Shown here: positions 9,893 through 20,136 of the stretch, piece by piece | Position numbering within the stretch: the first letter of the stretch is position 1 | How the letters are laid out: each line of letters begins with the position of its first letter | Virus record (IMG/VR): IMGVR_UViG_3300028374_000002 | Span: 137,265 to 201,264 of that record | Direction: 5' to 3' (one strand) | Length of the DNA: 64,000 nucleotides | Origin: a virus | Lineage: Duplodnaviria; Caudoviricetes | Notes under the pieces: generated by a model | The model's input: the letters and a program-made list of their open reading frames with translations, nothing else | What the model was told of the DNA's origin: nothing | Databases searched by the model: none | Position numbers and translations under genes: made by a program

Positions 9893-10653
9893 TCAATAAC
9901 ATTATATCCATCTATTCCCCTAACTTTATCTATAGGTGGTACTTCAAATCCAAAACCATCTAAAAAGCTATAAAGCCTATCGTATAGAATAGTGTTTTTG
10001 CCTCTTATAACTTCAAATTCTTGAAATTCTTCGATTAGTTCTTCATCTGTAAGAGAATTGTTTCTAATCTCACCCATCATAGGTTGATTTTTAAAATAAT
10101 TATATAGGTAGAATAATGGATTACCATACATTTTTATATCCCCACCAACTTCTGGAAATCCTTCAAATGATGTTATGTTATTATTACTAATGTCTAAATC
10201 CCCCTCTATTCTTTTTGATATATAATCAAACGATTCTATTTTATTGTTACCACAAAACAGACCACCGTTTATAACTTCTGGTAGATATTTAAAACTTTTT
10301 ATTTCATTACCAGCAAAGTCATAATGATGACCTACTTTACTAGGACCACCTTTAAGTGTTTTTAGATTATTCATAGCACAACTATAATCACCACCAACCT
10401 CTGTTGGTCCATTATTTAGGCTAAATATACCTGACTTGTATGCATTAAAAGAAAATTTAACTTTATTTATTTTTATAGGTAGCATATATCCAACTTTATC
10501 AAATATAGAGGTTTGGAAGTTATCATTTATATCTATTGAGTAGTCATCATTTATAGTATAGTTTACTATACCGTGTGTTGTAACAAATTCTTTTATTTGG
10601 CTTATCTTTTCTTTATCACTTTTAAAGTCCTCATATAATTTAATATTTCCCAC
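9889..10653 (-). CDS. 21-aa LRR-like repeat protein (outlying paralogue of the 45.9-55.1 kb array)
   Basis: NYTINDDYSIDI, LKTLKGGPSKVG repeats and C-terminal EFEVIRGKNTILYDRL match the array genes; GTG start after a TTAATATATA motif. Confidence 0.8.
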   Translation of the reverse strand: MGNIKLYEDFKSDKEKISQIKEFVTTHGIVNYTINDDYSIDINDNFQTSIFDKVGYMLPIKINKVKFSFNAYKSGIFSLNNGPTEVGGDYSCAMNNLKTLKGGPSKVGHHYDFAGNEIKSFKYLPEVINGGLFCGNNKIESFDYISKRIEGDLDISNNNITSFEGFPEVGGDIKMYGNPLFYLYNYFKNQPMMGEIRNNSLTDEELIEEFQEFEVIRGKNTILYDRLYSFLDGFGFEVPPIDKVRGIDGYNVID

Positions 10654-10702
10654 GAAGTATATATTAAGTTAAAACTTTACTTTTTAAAAATATATAATAA
10701 AC

Positions 10703-12574
10703 ATGGAAAATAATAAAAAAGAAGGTGTTATAAACTTCTCAGTGAATGGGAATGCATCAATAGAAATTGATAAAACTAAGATATACATACACAAAAGCAA
10801 GACTTTAAATGCTTTAAATAAGGATTTAGTGAGTGTAAATGTTTATAAAAATAAATCAAGGCAAGAAGCTGAAGTAATCGAGGTATTAAAGAGAAATAGG
10901 AAAACATTTGTAGGTAAGGCAAGAGTAGGGAAAAAGACTATTTTTGTAGTTGCTGATGATAATAAAACACCTGTTGACTTCTATATAAAGGGTGGTTTAA
11001 CTTGTAAAAATGGACAGAAGGTAATAGTAGAGTTTACTAAATGGAATGATGGTAAATCACCACAAGGGAAGATAATTGAGATATTGGGAGACTCTGGTGA
11101 AAATAATGCAGAAATGAACTCAATAATGCATGATTATAATCTACCAGTAGAGTTTCCTAGAGATGTTGAGAAGGAAGCATCCAAAATCCCAAAGGAAATA
11201 TCAATGAAAGATATTAGCGAAAGGAGAGATATGAGGGGAATTAAGACATTCACTATTGATCCAAAGAGTGCCAAGGATTTTGATGATGCACTTTCAGTTA
11301 AGAATATTGAAAGTGGTTTAATAGAAGTAGGTATTCATATAGCAGATGTTGGACATTATGTAAAGGACGGAACTTTACTAAATGATGAGGCTATTAAAAG
11401 AGCAACATCGGTATATCTCGTTGATAGAGTTATACCAATGCTACCAGAGGTTTTAAGTAATGACATATGTTCTTTGAAGCCACATGTAGATAGATTAGCA
11501 TTTTCTGTAATCTTAACTATAAATGAGGATGGTAAGATATTAAAAGAATGGTTTGGTAAGACAATAATAAATTCAGATAATAGATTTACATATGCAGAAG
11601 CACAAAGTATAATAGAGGGAGATAGCCATGTATTAGATTACGAAGTTAGGATATTAGACACAATTGCAAGGAAAATAAGAAAGAAAAGAATTGGAGAAGG
11701 TTCAATAGAAATGGGTGGTGTAGAAATACAATTTAAGTTAGCACCAGATAATAAAAAACCAATAGGTGTTTATTATAAGGTACAGAAAGAGGCTAATAAG
11801 CTTATAGAGGAATATATGTTACTAGCCAACAAAGCAGTTGCTAAGAAGCTATCAAATGCACAAAGAACAGGTGTTTATAGAGTACACAACACTCCTTCTA
11901 TTGAGAAACTTAATGCACTAGCAGATATATGTGAAAGTTTTGGCTATAGTGTAGACTTAGAGAAAACTTCTAATGATTTAAAAAAGGAGTTGAATAAATT
12001 ACTAATAGAGATAAAAGACCAACCAGAAGAAAATATGATACAGACACTAGTAACTAGGTCTATGTCTAAGGCATATTATACTATAAAGAATATTGGACAT
12101 TATGGGTTAGGATTTTCACACTACTCACATTTTACATCTCCAATAAGAAGATACCCTGATCTTATAACACATAGGCTATTGTTAGGCTTATTAGAGAATA
12201 AGCCTAAGTCTAATCCTCTATCTATTGAAGAAGATGCAGAGTGGTGTTCACAAAGAGAAATAATAGCATCTAAGGCTCAGAGGGATTCTATAAAATACAA
12301 GCAAGTTGAATTTCTAATGGACAAGATTGGACAAATATTCCAAGGTGTCATCACTGGTGTTACTGACTGGGGCATATATGTAGAATTAACAGATAATAAA
12401 TGCGAGGGTATGATAGCACCAAATGATTTAGGAGATGGTAAGTGGAGAATAGATACTAAGAAATATACAGGTGATAATAAACTAGGTGATAAACTATCAC
12501 TGGGTGATGAAATTACAATTGTTGTAGATAATGTGGACTTGGATAAGAAACAGATAAACTTTAAAAAGTTTTAA
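10703..12574 (+). CDS. rnr: Ribonuclease R (RNB family)
   Basis: FTIDPKSAKDFDDALS catalytic motif, HIADV, YSHFTSPIRRYPDLITHR, C-terminal S1 domain. Confidence 0.93.
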   Translation: MENNKKEGVINFSVNGNASIEIDKTKIYIHKSKTLNALNKDLVSVNVYKNKSRQEAEVIEVLKRNRKTFVGKARVGKKTIFVVADDNKTPVDFYIKGGLTCKNGQKVIVEFTKWNDGKSPQGKIIEILGDSGENNAEMNSIMHDYNLPVEFPRDVEKEASKIPKEISMKDISERRDMRGIKTFTIDPKSAKDFDDALSVKNIESGLIEVGIHIADVGHYVKDGTLLNDEAIKRATSVYLVDRVIPMLPEVLSNDICSLKPHVDRLAFSVILTINEDGKILKEWFGKTIINSDNRFTYAEAQSIIEGDSHVLDYEVRILDTIARKIRKKRIGEGSIEMGGVEIQFKLAPDNKKPIGVYYKVQKEANKLIEEYMLLANKAVAKKLSNAQRTGVYRVHNTPSIEKLNALADICESFGYSVDLEKTSNDLKKELNKLLIEIKDQPEENMIQTLVTRSMSKAYYTIKNIGHYGLGFSHYSHFTSPIRRYPDLITHRLLLGLLENKPKSNPLSIEEDAEWCSQREIIASKAQRDSIKYKQVEFLMDKIGQIFQGVITGVTDWGIYVELTDNKCEGMIAPNDLGDGKWRIDTKKYTGDNKLGDKLSLGDEITIVVDNVDLDKKQINFKKF

Positions 12575-12593
12575 TTAGAACAAAAACTAGCAC

Positions 12594-12633
12594 AAATAAA
12601 AACATGACTGAATATTCAGTCATGTTTTTATTT
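12594..12633. terminator. Bidirectional terminator: 40-bp perfect palindrome between convergent rnr and portal genes
   Basis: aaataaaaacatgactgaat|attcagtcatgtttttattt. Confidence 0.8.
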
Positions 12634-12654
12634 TTGTACCAATCCATAATTATT

Positions 12655-14349
12655 TTAGAACTCAAACTCATCACCACCACCAGTATCTGGACTTGGATCA
12701 TCTGTGCCACCAATATCTAAATCATCACCACCGTCATCTATTGCAGAGTCGTCTGTGTCACCTGGTCCACCATCCATGGGAGCACCTCCCTCACCTTCGA
12801 AACCTTCAACACCAACTGCCGAACCCGCACCTTTATTATTATCTCTAGCCCAGTATCTTTCATTCTCTGCTTTCTCTTCTGGTGTTAATTTAAACACATT
12901 GTCCATAATCCATTCTATATGAAAGTATGGCTGTTCTTCATTTCTCATAACCCCTAATAAGCTACTAACAACATCTGCCTTTTTAGACATATTATTTATC
13001 TTCTTCCAGTCCTCAAATGTTTGATTGCTATAGAAGTATATGTCTATTTGGTTTATAAAGTTTTCATCATCAGTAAGTTCTGGGAATTCTATAAGCAGTT
13101 GTAACCTCACTGGTTTGACAATCATTTCTTTAAAATTCGCTCTAAGTCTACTAATAAAGTTATGAAATTTTATCTCATCTCTGGTCATATCTGATGCATC
13201 GGTAAATAAATTACCACCACCATTTTCAGACTCGAATCTCTGTACAGGTATTTTAGAAGCTCTTTTGAGTGCTCTGTAAAACCAATTTAACATAGTTTCA
13301 TCATTTAAATCATGACCTTCTTGCTTAACAAGTTCCATATTAGGAGTACCTGCATCACCCTCTGGGAACCATATTTGTTTATTATAATGCAATTGTTTAG
13401 AACCATTCATAGATAATGTTCCTAAATCATCATCCCATTCTACGTCTTCTGAATAGTCATGTATTAATTGTCCTATTTGTTCTTCTGCTCTTTGTCTAGA
13501 CATTCCCTTAATAGGAACTGTAAATTTTTGATAAACTTGAGCATTTAATACGTTAAACATTATTCTTGTCTGTTCAAGTATTTTAAGTTGGTTATATGGT
13601 TTTATAAGACCCTCCACATAAGAAGTTTCTGAATAATCATTTTGTGTAGAATATGATATATAAACTATCTGTGAATCTAGAAATATTCTTCTTAACTGTG
13701 GATCTTCTGGATATTGTATCCATAAGTGTCCAACATTAGGTTCATAAGCAGGTACTAATGTATCTGGTCTTAATCCATTAAATCCAATAATATTCTTCTT
13801 TTTATCATCAAAGATTATTTCTGATGCTAAATAGCCATCGATTAAGAAATCTTTCATCATATTCCACGCAGTAATATTGTCAGAAAATCCATACTTAGTA
13901 TAAACTTTTTTGAAATATTCTAGATATTTATCTTGTATCTCTTGTGAATATTCATTTGAAAGTGATCTTGCTGAACAAAAATCACTTTCATCGTTATATA
14001 CTATACATTCATCACACACAGAAGATACAAAATCTCTTATATCATCCTTTATAGAATACTCTCTAAGTATTCTTCTTTTATCAGCATATGATTTGTCAAG
14101 ATACGGAATAGATTTTCTACTTAATACAGATGATACGGCCCTTTGGCTGAAGAAATCATACATTGAATTCCCCTTTGATGAATAAGGATCTTCATTGATT
14201 CCTATACCTACTTGGTTTCTTATAATCATATCATTATAATTCATTCCATAATTTGAAAGATTTCTAAGTATTTTACTAAAGATTCCTTTATTCTCTATTG
14301 CTGAATTTGCAGTACCAAAATCTGAACTAGTAGTATTATATGTTGCCAT
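12655..14349 (-). CDS. gp20: Portal protein (T4 gp20-like)
   Basis: VCDECIVY, FLIDGYLASEII, YNQLKILE, WFPEGDAGTPNMELV, WFYRALKRASKIPVQRF, ITRDEIKF-like motifs. Confidence 0.88.
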   Translation of the reverse strand: MATYNTTSSDFGTANSAIENKGIFSKILRNLSNYGMNYNDMIIRNQVGIGINEDPYSSKGNSMYDFFSQRAVSSVLSRKSIPYLDKSYADKRRILREYSIKDDIRDFVSSVCDECIVYNDESDFCSARSLSNEYSQEIQDKYLEYFKKVYTKYGFSDNITAWNMMKDFLIDGYLASEIIFDDKKKNIIGFNGLRPDTLVPAYEPNVGHLWIQYPEDPQLRRIFLDSQIVYISYSTQNDYSETSYVEGLIKPYNQLKILEQTRIMFNVLNAQVYQKFTVPIKGMSRQRAEEQIGQLIHDYSEDVEWDDDLGTLSMNGSKQLHYNKQIWFPEGDAGTPNMELVKQEGHDLNDETMLNWFYRALKRASKIPVQRFESENGGGNLFTDASDMTRDEIKFHNFISRLRANFKEMIVKPVRLQLLIEFPELTDDENFINQIDIYFYSNQTFEDWKKINNMSKKADVVSSLLGVMRNEEQPYFHIEWIMDNVFKLTPEEKAENERYWARDNNKGAGSAVGVEGFEGEGGAPMDGGPGDTDDSAIDDGGDDLDIGGTDDPSPDTGGGDEFEF

Positions 14350-14415
14350 TTATGATTTGTATTTACATTATATATTAAGTTACAAACCTCCCATTAATCG
14401 CTTGATTAGCAAGGG

Positions 14416-15102
14416 TTAATACTTTTTAATATTTCTTTGTAATCTTTTTATATGTCCTTTAAGGACATCGTATTTTTCAGATATCTCAGAATTAACATCA
14501 TAAAAATCGCTTAATAATGATAATGTCATCTCTCTATGTCTCTGTTCTCTTTTAGCTAGCTTAGCTTCCCATATTTGCATAAGCTTCATAGGATCATATT
14601 TATTTTTTGGATGTTGGTGGTATAAGAATCTTGGAAGTATGTCTAAGCTAACTTTATGAACTACTTTTATTCTAGATACATCATATTCATTAAGAGCATA
14701 TTCAAATCCCAACCTCCTAAGTTCATCATATATACCTTGTAGGTCTACTTTTAGATAGTTATTATCTTCAAAATCTTTCTCTGTTATGTACTTATCAAAT
14801 AATAATACCCTAACCTCTAATGGTATAAAATTAAAGTTAACACCAAATGCTATAACCTTCCCAGACATCTTTCTATAATCTGCTAGAAATATTGGCGAGT
14901 ATTTCATCCAATTAGACTCATCTTGGTAATGTAAAAAATAGAATCCACCATTTGACATTTTAGAAACTGGTATTGCATTAAACTCTTTTGTAGTTTTTGT
15001 ATATTGCTCATAAAAGTATAAGCTGTTGTTCTTGAAATTATCAGAAATACTATTACCATGTAATAATAAATCTAGCTTTGTTCGTTTAAATAGTTCTGCC
15101 AT
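14416..15102 (-). CDS. Probable DNA end protector protein (gp2-like)
   Basis: YSPIFL...FGVNFNFIPLEVRVLLFD resembles the gp2 GLNLHYLP motif; lies between portal and gp4. Confidence 0.55.
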   Translation of the reverse strand: MAELFKRTKLDLLLHGNSISDNFKNNSLYFYEQYTKTTKEFNAIPVSKMSNGGFYFLHYQDESNWMKYSPIFLADYRKMSGKVIAFGVNFNFIPLEVRVLLFDKYITEKDFEDNNYLKVDLQGIYDELRRLGFEYALNEYDVSRIKVVHKVSLDILPRFLYHQHPKNKYDPMKLMQIWEAKLAKREQRHREMTLSLLSDFYDVNSEISEKYDVLKGHIKRLQRNIKKY

Positions 15103-15149
15103 AGTATATATATTATTTTAGAAAAAGAACATTTCTTAATATATACAAT

Positions 15150-15671
15150 ATGTTAAACTCAAAACCAAATAACAAAAAGTATCACCAAGGTAATTATAGA
15201 CCTAAGAATAGAGATAAGATAGTTAAAATGAATTCAGAAGGTGGTGTCTATTTCAGAAGTGGTCTAGAACAAAGATTTATGGTTTACTTAGACATGAATG
15301 ATAATGTTAAGAAATGGGGTGCAGAATGTTTGAAGATAAGCTACCAAAAAATGAATCCAAGTTCTGGTGCTTTAAAACAACATACTTACTACCCAGATTT
15401 CTACTATGAACTAAGAGGTAGTGATGGTGTTTTAAAACAAGTAGTTGTTGAAGTTAAGCCTATGAAAGAGTACAGAAATGTACAAATGCTTATGGAGAAT
15501 AAGCTAAAAGTACCAGAAAATGGCTTAAAGAAGTTGAGGAATTTTGAATACGACCTAAAAATGGCACATACAAACAGAAGCAAGTGGGAGGCAATGATAA
15601 AGTGGTGTGATAAAAAAGGTTATAAGTTTATAATAATAACAGAAGAGCATCTAAAGCAGTATGGCGTTTAA
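15150..15671 (+). CDS. gp4: Head completion nuclease (gp4, TnsA-like)
   Basis: YFRSGLE..FMVYLD, KKWGAE, HTYYPDFY, VEVKP, KWEA...F.IITEEHL. Confidence 0.85.
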   Translation: MLNSKPNNKKYHQGNYRPKNRDKIVKMNSEGGVYFRSGLEQRFMVYLDMNDNVKKWGAECLKISYQKMNPSSGALKQHTYYPDFYYELRGSDGVLKQVVVEVKPMKEYRNVQMLMENKLKVPENGLKKLRNFEYDLKMAHTNRSKWEAMIKWCDKKGYKFIIITEEHLKQYGV

Positions 15672-15943
15672 ATAACTAATATCTCGTTTAGGTTTAGTAA
15701 ATTATTCATCTCATGTCTCATAAGCTTAACTGTTTCTAAGCCTTTTATTAAATTAGATTTTAATAAAACATCAATAGGCTCACCAATAGCTCTCTCGTAG
15801 TATTCTGGGACTTTATTCCTGCCACTATAGATTGATTTTAAATATTTGTCTCTAGATTGTAAATCTGAATGTATGGAACAACCACATGGTCTGTTATTAT
15901 TCTTTTCACTTTCTTCCCATAGTTGTAAAACAGCTCTTGTCAT
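15668..15943 (-). CDS. Hypothetical protein
   Basis: 91-aa ORF with normal composition, convergent with gp4. Confidence 0.55.
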   Translation of the reverse strand: MTRAVLQLWEESEKNNNRPCGCSIHSDLQSRDKYLKSIYSGRNKVPEYYERAIGEPIDVLLKSNLIKGLETVKLMRHEMNNLLNLNEILVI

Positions 15944-15986
15944 ATATTATTATTTGTGATTATTATATATGAATTAATTTAAATGT

Positions 15987-17771
15987 TTAACTTTTATATA
16001 GCCATTTTTCTTGACCAGTCGAAAATATTCTATAATAACCCCTTTCGTTCATTATTTCTAACTCAGTCTTATCTTTATCAAATCCTTGTTTTACTAGCTT
16101 TCTTTTAGAGTAATTATATCTGTGTATTCTTTTCCCATTTATAACCCAAAAATAATTAGGTTTAGATAATGTATCAAAAACAAAACCTAACTTTTTATAG
16201 ACACCACCACCAAATAATGATATGTCGGCATATGATATTAAATATTCAAACTTAGTATTGTCTACGAAATACTTAAATAGTTTAGAAGCACCACCAATAA
16301 CACTAGTATTTAATTCATTACAAAACCTAATTAATTCATATTCTTTTTTATTGTTTGTTCTCCTCCATCCGAATGTCATTAAACTAACTAACTCATCATT
16401 AAAATATAATCCTAAGTTTATTGAAGAAGATGCATATCCTTGTATATGATTATTGTTTAGAAATAATTTATAATCTTTGGTATTGACCTCTCTTATATCA
16501 CATTTTCTAGCATATATTCTATTATTTACTTTACCCAATCTATTCCTTATGATTGATTTTATTATTTCTTTCTTGCTATCCCAGTCGTCCTCCCATATAT
16601 GTAGCAGAGATATCCCCTCTTCATTGCACTTATTTGTTTTACTGATATGATAATCACTACTTTTGAATAGTTCAGAGTGCCAGTATATGCCGTTACACTC
16701 AATAGCTATATTATATTCTGGTATGTATATATCAATCTCCTTACCTTTTAGTATTTTTTTATCATTTTTTATATAGCCAATTCCTAGACTCTCTATAAAA
16801 GAACCAACTTGTGTTTCGAAGTTAGAATATAATACACCAACTGGGTTGCATTGTGTACATATCATCTTACATGAGTTAAACCTTGCTCTTAATAAACCTT
16901 TGTTTATATCAAAGGTATTATTACATTCTTTATGTATTAATGAGAATGTCTCATTTTTATATGAATTAAGTATATACTTATCTGATATTAGTTCTGCATA
17001 TCTTTTAAATGTTTTTCTCTGTTTAGTATTCTTTGCCTTTAACTTAAAATTTTCATTCTTAGAAGGATGCTCACCCCAGTTTGAAAAATTTGTAGATTTT
17101 ACCTTCTCTTTATATTCTATAGTTTTTGAATAATTACTAACACCCCATTTCTCTATAGAAGTTTCTTTTATTTTGTCTTTATAGTAGTCTGATTTGGATA
17201 TCCAATCTACACCATATTTATCATTAAATGATTTTCTTGATTTGGATATAGTCGATTTACTTTGCATAGACCAGTCTACACCTAAGTTCTTTTGATTAGT
17301 TTCTTTTATTTTGTTAATAACGCCAATAGACTTAGAAGGATTAGTAACACCATACCTATCTAAAGATGTTTGTACGAACTTATCCTTCCATTCTTTCGTC
17401 TTAGAATAGTGGGAAACATTATATTTGTCTAGAAGGCTTTTCTTAAGAGTTTGTTTAACTTCTTCTGATTGCATTGGATTTTTAACACCATACTTTTTAA
17501 GAGAAGTCTTTTCAGATTTTATCTTTTTACAAGAGTTGCAATAATATATCCCACTTAGACCATTCGTGTAATTCCAGTAGTCTTTAAAGCCATTAGAGAC
17601 TTCTTTGTTACAGTTTTGGCATATACATGTAATCTTAGATGAAGTTCCCTTAGACAAGTGTTCTACGCTTATATCTATATATTTACCAACACTAATATCA
17701 TATCCAAATGATTTGTAATATTTTATATTCCTAGAGTGACCCTTTATCTTTATCTTTTTTTCTTTTATCAT
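15987..17771 (-). CDS. Putative homing endonuclease, KYGV family
   Basis: KYGV/KWGV repeats, CTQCNP, EIDIYIPEYNIAIECNGIYWHS, GNAT-like tail. Confidence 0.75.
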   Translation of the reverse strand: MIKEKKIKIKGHSRNIKYYKSFGYDISVGKYIDISVEHLSKGTSSKITCICQNCNKEVSNGFKDYWNYTNGLSGIYYCNSCKKIKSEKTSLKKYGVKNPMQSEEVKQTLKKSLLDKYNVSHYSKTKEWKDKFVQTSLDRYGVTNPSKSIGVINKIKETNQKNLGVDWSMQSKSTISKSRKSFNDKYGVDWISKSDYYKDKIKETSIEKWGVSNYSKTIEYKEKVKSTNFSNWGEHPSKNENFKLKAKNTKQRKTFKRYAELISDKYILNSYKNETFSLIHKECNNTFDINKGLLRARFNSCKMICTQCNPVGVLYSNFETQVGSFIESLGIGYIKNDKKILKGKEIDIYIPEYNIAIECNGIYWHSELFKSSDYHISKTNKCNEEGISLLHIWEDDWDSKKEIIKSIIRNRLGKVNNRIYARKCDIREVNTKDYKLFLNNNHIQGYASSSINLGLYFNDELVSLMTFGWRRTNNKKEYELIRFCNELNTSVIGGASKLFKYFVDNTKFEYLISYADISLFGGGVYKKLGFVFDTLSKPNYFWVINGKRIHRYNYSKRKLVKQGFDKDKTELEIMNERGYYRIFSTGQEKWLYKS

Positions 17772-17828
17772 TATATGTTATATCTATATATCTAAAAGAG
17801 TTGTTGCTAAAGGGTGTGAAAATATAAA

Positions 17829-18194
17829 TTATAGAGAATGAATACCATTACCATCGTTAGAACCCTCTATTGATAGTACCTTTATTAGATTATCACCATC
17901 GCCTTTCTTTTTATAGAGTTCATTAAATCCCTTAGCTAACCCTCGTTTAAATATTTCTGTGAAGTATGCAAAGGCATTTACTGACTTAGCTTCGTTAAAG
18001 TTATACCAATTTTGGTACATGTCTAAAACGCCTGATTGGTAGCAATCCATTTTATCATCATTTGACCAGTACCTCATTTTCTTAATGGTTTTATTTCCTA
18101 GTAATTCTAGCATCTTCTCAGCCTTTCTAGTAAGCTTACCTCTTGCTTTTGATACTATTATTTCTACATATAGTTCTTTGTTGTTTAAATACAT
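17829..18194 (-). CDS. gp55: Late-transcription sigma factor (T4 gp55-like, short)
   Basis: YLNNKELY, DCYQSG..DM..NWYNFN, NAFAYFTEI motif characteristic of gp55. Confidence 0.8.
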   Translation of the reverse strand: MYLNNKELYVEIIVSKARGKLTRKAEKMLELLGNKTIKKMRYWSNDDKMDCYQSGVLDMYQNWYNFNEAKSVNAFAYFTEIFKRGLAKGFNELYKKKGDGDNLIKVLSIEGSNDGNGIHSL

Positions 18195-19106
18195 TTATGT
18201 TCTATTATTTTTATATATATTATATATATTTTTATCAATAAGTTTTAACTTTTCATTAACAGATTCGTCATATTTGATTATTAATAGATTTATTCTATTA
18301 TTTGCACAAAATTCTTGTTTTATCTTATCTTTTTTTCTATTATATTCCAAATTTTTAACACCACCAAAGTATTTTACTGGCTTATAGTGTTGTTCACCAT
18401 TATATTCAATACAAATATTGTATTTTGGTATATAGAAATCAAATCTTAAAGGAAGCTTATTTACACAACCATTAAAGGATTTTTGAAATTCATATAATAT
18501 TTTATTTTTGTCTAGAAAAATACTTATCATACTCTCCCCCTTTGACTTATTACAGTCTGGGCATCCATTCATGCTATATAAGTGATTATCAGGTCTTTGG
18601 CTAAAAATGCCATGCTTAACACATATTATATCAACATGTGTTTTGTTATTTGTATAATTAACATTAGAATAATCCCATTTATGTTCTCCCCATATACTTT
18701 TAGAACTATCTATAAAGTCAGCTTGTAGTTTTGCCCTTTTACATACATCACAATCTTTTTCTTGGTTTAGATGTTGTTTAGGATAAATTTGAAAATAAGT
18801 ACCATGACTTCGGCAACCTATTGTTAATTTACTCCTAGAACACTTGTACAAAGTTTTTGAATAATCCCATTTATGTTCTCCCCATACTCTCTTAGACTCT
18901 TGTATGAATTTATCTGTTGTCTTTACTTTTGTAGAGCATAATGGACACAGGTTGCCTTTTCTTATTTGTTTTAAGTTTCTAGAAAATTTAGTTTTGTGTT
19001 TATTGCAGACTATAATGGATTTAGTTGTATTGTTAGTATATTCGAAATATGAAAAATTATAATTAATTAGTTCTGTAACTTCTTCATAAAAGTTTGCTTT
19101 TTTCAT
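18195..19106 (-). CDS. Putative homing endonuclease (repeated CxxH/CxxC DNA-binding modules plus PD-(D/E)XK domain)
   Basis: Duplicated VWGEHKWDYS modules, CVKHG.F, GCPDC, SKGE, LRFDFYIP, IEYNGEQHY. Confidence 0.72.
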   Translation of the reverse strand: MKKANFYEEVTELINYNFSYFEYTNNTTKSIIVCNKHKTKFSRNLKQIRKGNLCPLCSTKVKTTDKFIQESKRVWGEHKWDYSKTLYKCSRSKLTIGCRSHGTYFQIYPKQHLNQEKDCDVCKRAKLQADFIDSSKSIWGEHKWDYSNVNYTNNKTHVDIICVKHGIFSQRPDNHLYSMNGCPDCNKSKGESMISIFLDKNKILYEFQKSFNGCVNKLPLRFDFYIPKYNICIEYNGEQHYKPVKYFGGVKNLEYNRKKDKIKQEFCANNRINLLIIKYDESVNEKLKLIDKNIYNIYKNNRT

Positions 19107-19190
19107 ATAGGCTATATATTAAGTTAAATATGTAACAAATAATTGGTGATAAGTAGTTTATTTTTATTATATTTGTATAAAACTTAAAAT

Positions 19191-20102
19191 ATGAAAAAAG
19201 CATTTATATTTATAGGGTTGCCATTGTCAGGTAAATCTATGTATATTGAATCTAGAAAGAAAAAAGACTGGATTGGTATTAAGGTTGTATCTGCTGATAA
19301 TATAAAGCTAACACACCCTGACTATAATCACAACGTCCCAGAACATGTGCATTTGTGGAGTACAAAAATGGCAGAGGAAGAGATAATTACTCTAGCTAAA
19401 CAAGGGTTGTCTAAGATTGTTATGGATGGTGGTGGTATTAACAATAGCTATACCATCAGAATAATTAATATGCTTAAGGACAATGGGTATAAAACAGAAT
19501 TAATTCATATCAAAACCCCTTTACAAGTATGTCTTAGCAGAAATGAAAAACGTGAGAGGAAAGTACCACACATTGATATAATAAGAAAAGCAGCCAAAGA
19601 GAATATACAATTTAATAGAATATCAGAAATTTGTGATATTTCAACTGTTGTTAATCACTTTTCTAATAAAAACATATTTGTAGATATGGATGGTGTTATA
19701 GCTGGATTATCTTTACTACCTACATATGAGGACAAAGTAGATTTTGTTAATAATGAAATATTCAAAACGCTATTACCAGTAAACCCCGTAATTGATAAAC
19801 TAGAAAAATTAAAAGAAGAAGGAAGAAATATCTATATATTATCAGCAATTCCAAATTCACTTTCGTATATAGATAAAAATGAGTGGTTAGATAAGCATTT
19901 CAACATAGACAAGGATAAGAGATTTTTTGTAAATTCGGGTAGGCACAAAGCAGAGATGTTAGATAATCTTAGATTAAAGTTAAAGCTAGAGAAAAGGGAT
20001 GTATGTCTTATAGAAGACACACACTCTACTCTAGAAAAAGTAAGAGATTATGATATGAATCCTATACACGTATCAGAATTTCTCACAGATGGTTTTGTAT
20101 AA
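19191..20102 (+). CDS. P-loop kinase fused to HAD phosphatase (Pnkp-like / 5'-nucleotidase-like)
   Basis: IGLPLSGKS Walker A, VMDGGG, CLSRNEKR lid; C-terminal IFVDMDGV HAD motif and LIEDT. Confidence 0.75.
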   Translation: MKKAFIFIGLPLSGKSMYIESRKKKDWIGIKVVSADNIKLTHPDYNHNVPEHVHLWSTKMAEEEIITLAKQGLSKIVMDGGGINNSYTIRIINMLKDNGYKTELIHIKTPLQVCLSRNEKRERKVPHIDIIRKAAKENIQFNRISEICDISTVVNHFSNKNIFVDMDGVIAGLSLLPTYEDKVDFVNNEIFKTLLPVNPVIDKLEKLKEEGRNIYILSAIPNSLSYIDKNEWLDKHFNIDKDKRFFVNSGRHKAEMLDNLRLKLKLEKRDVCLIEDTHSTLEKVRDYDMNPIHVSEFLTDGFV

Positions 20103-20103
20103 C

Positions 20104-20136
20104 AAAAAAGCTCTTGAATAACAAGAGCTTTTTAAT
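20104..20136. terminator. Bidirectional terminator, copy 1 of a 33-bp direct repeat
   Basis: aaaaaagctcttg-aataa-caagagctttttaat. Confidence 0.8.

Noticed and set aside
12594-12633. 40-bp perfect palindrome as a recombination or packaging site
   Set aside because: It lies exactly between convergent genes with T-tracts both ways; a bidirectional terminator is sufficient.
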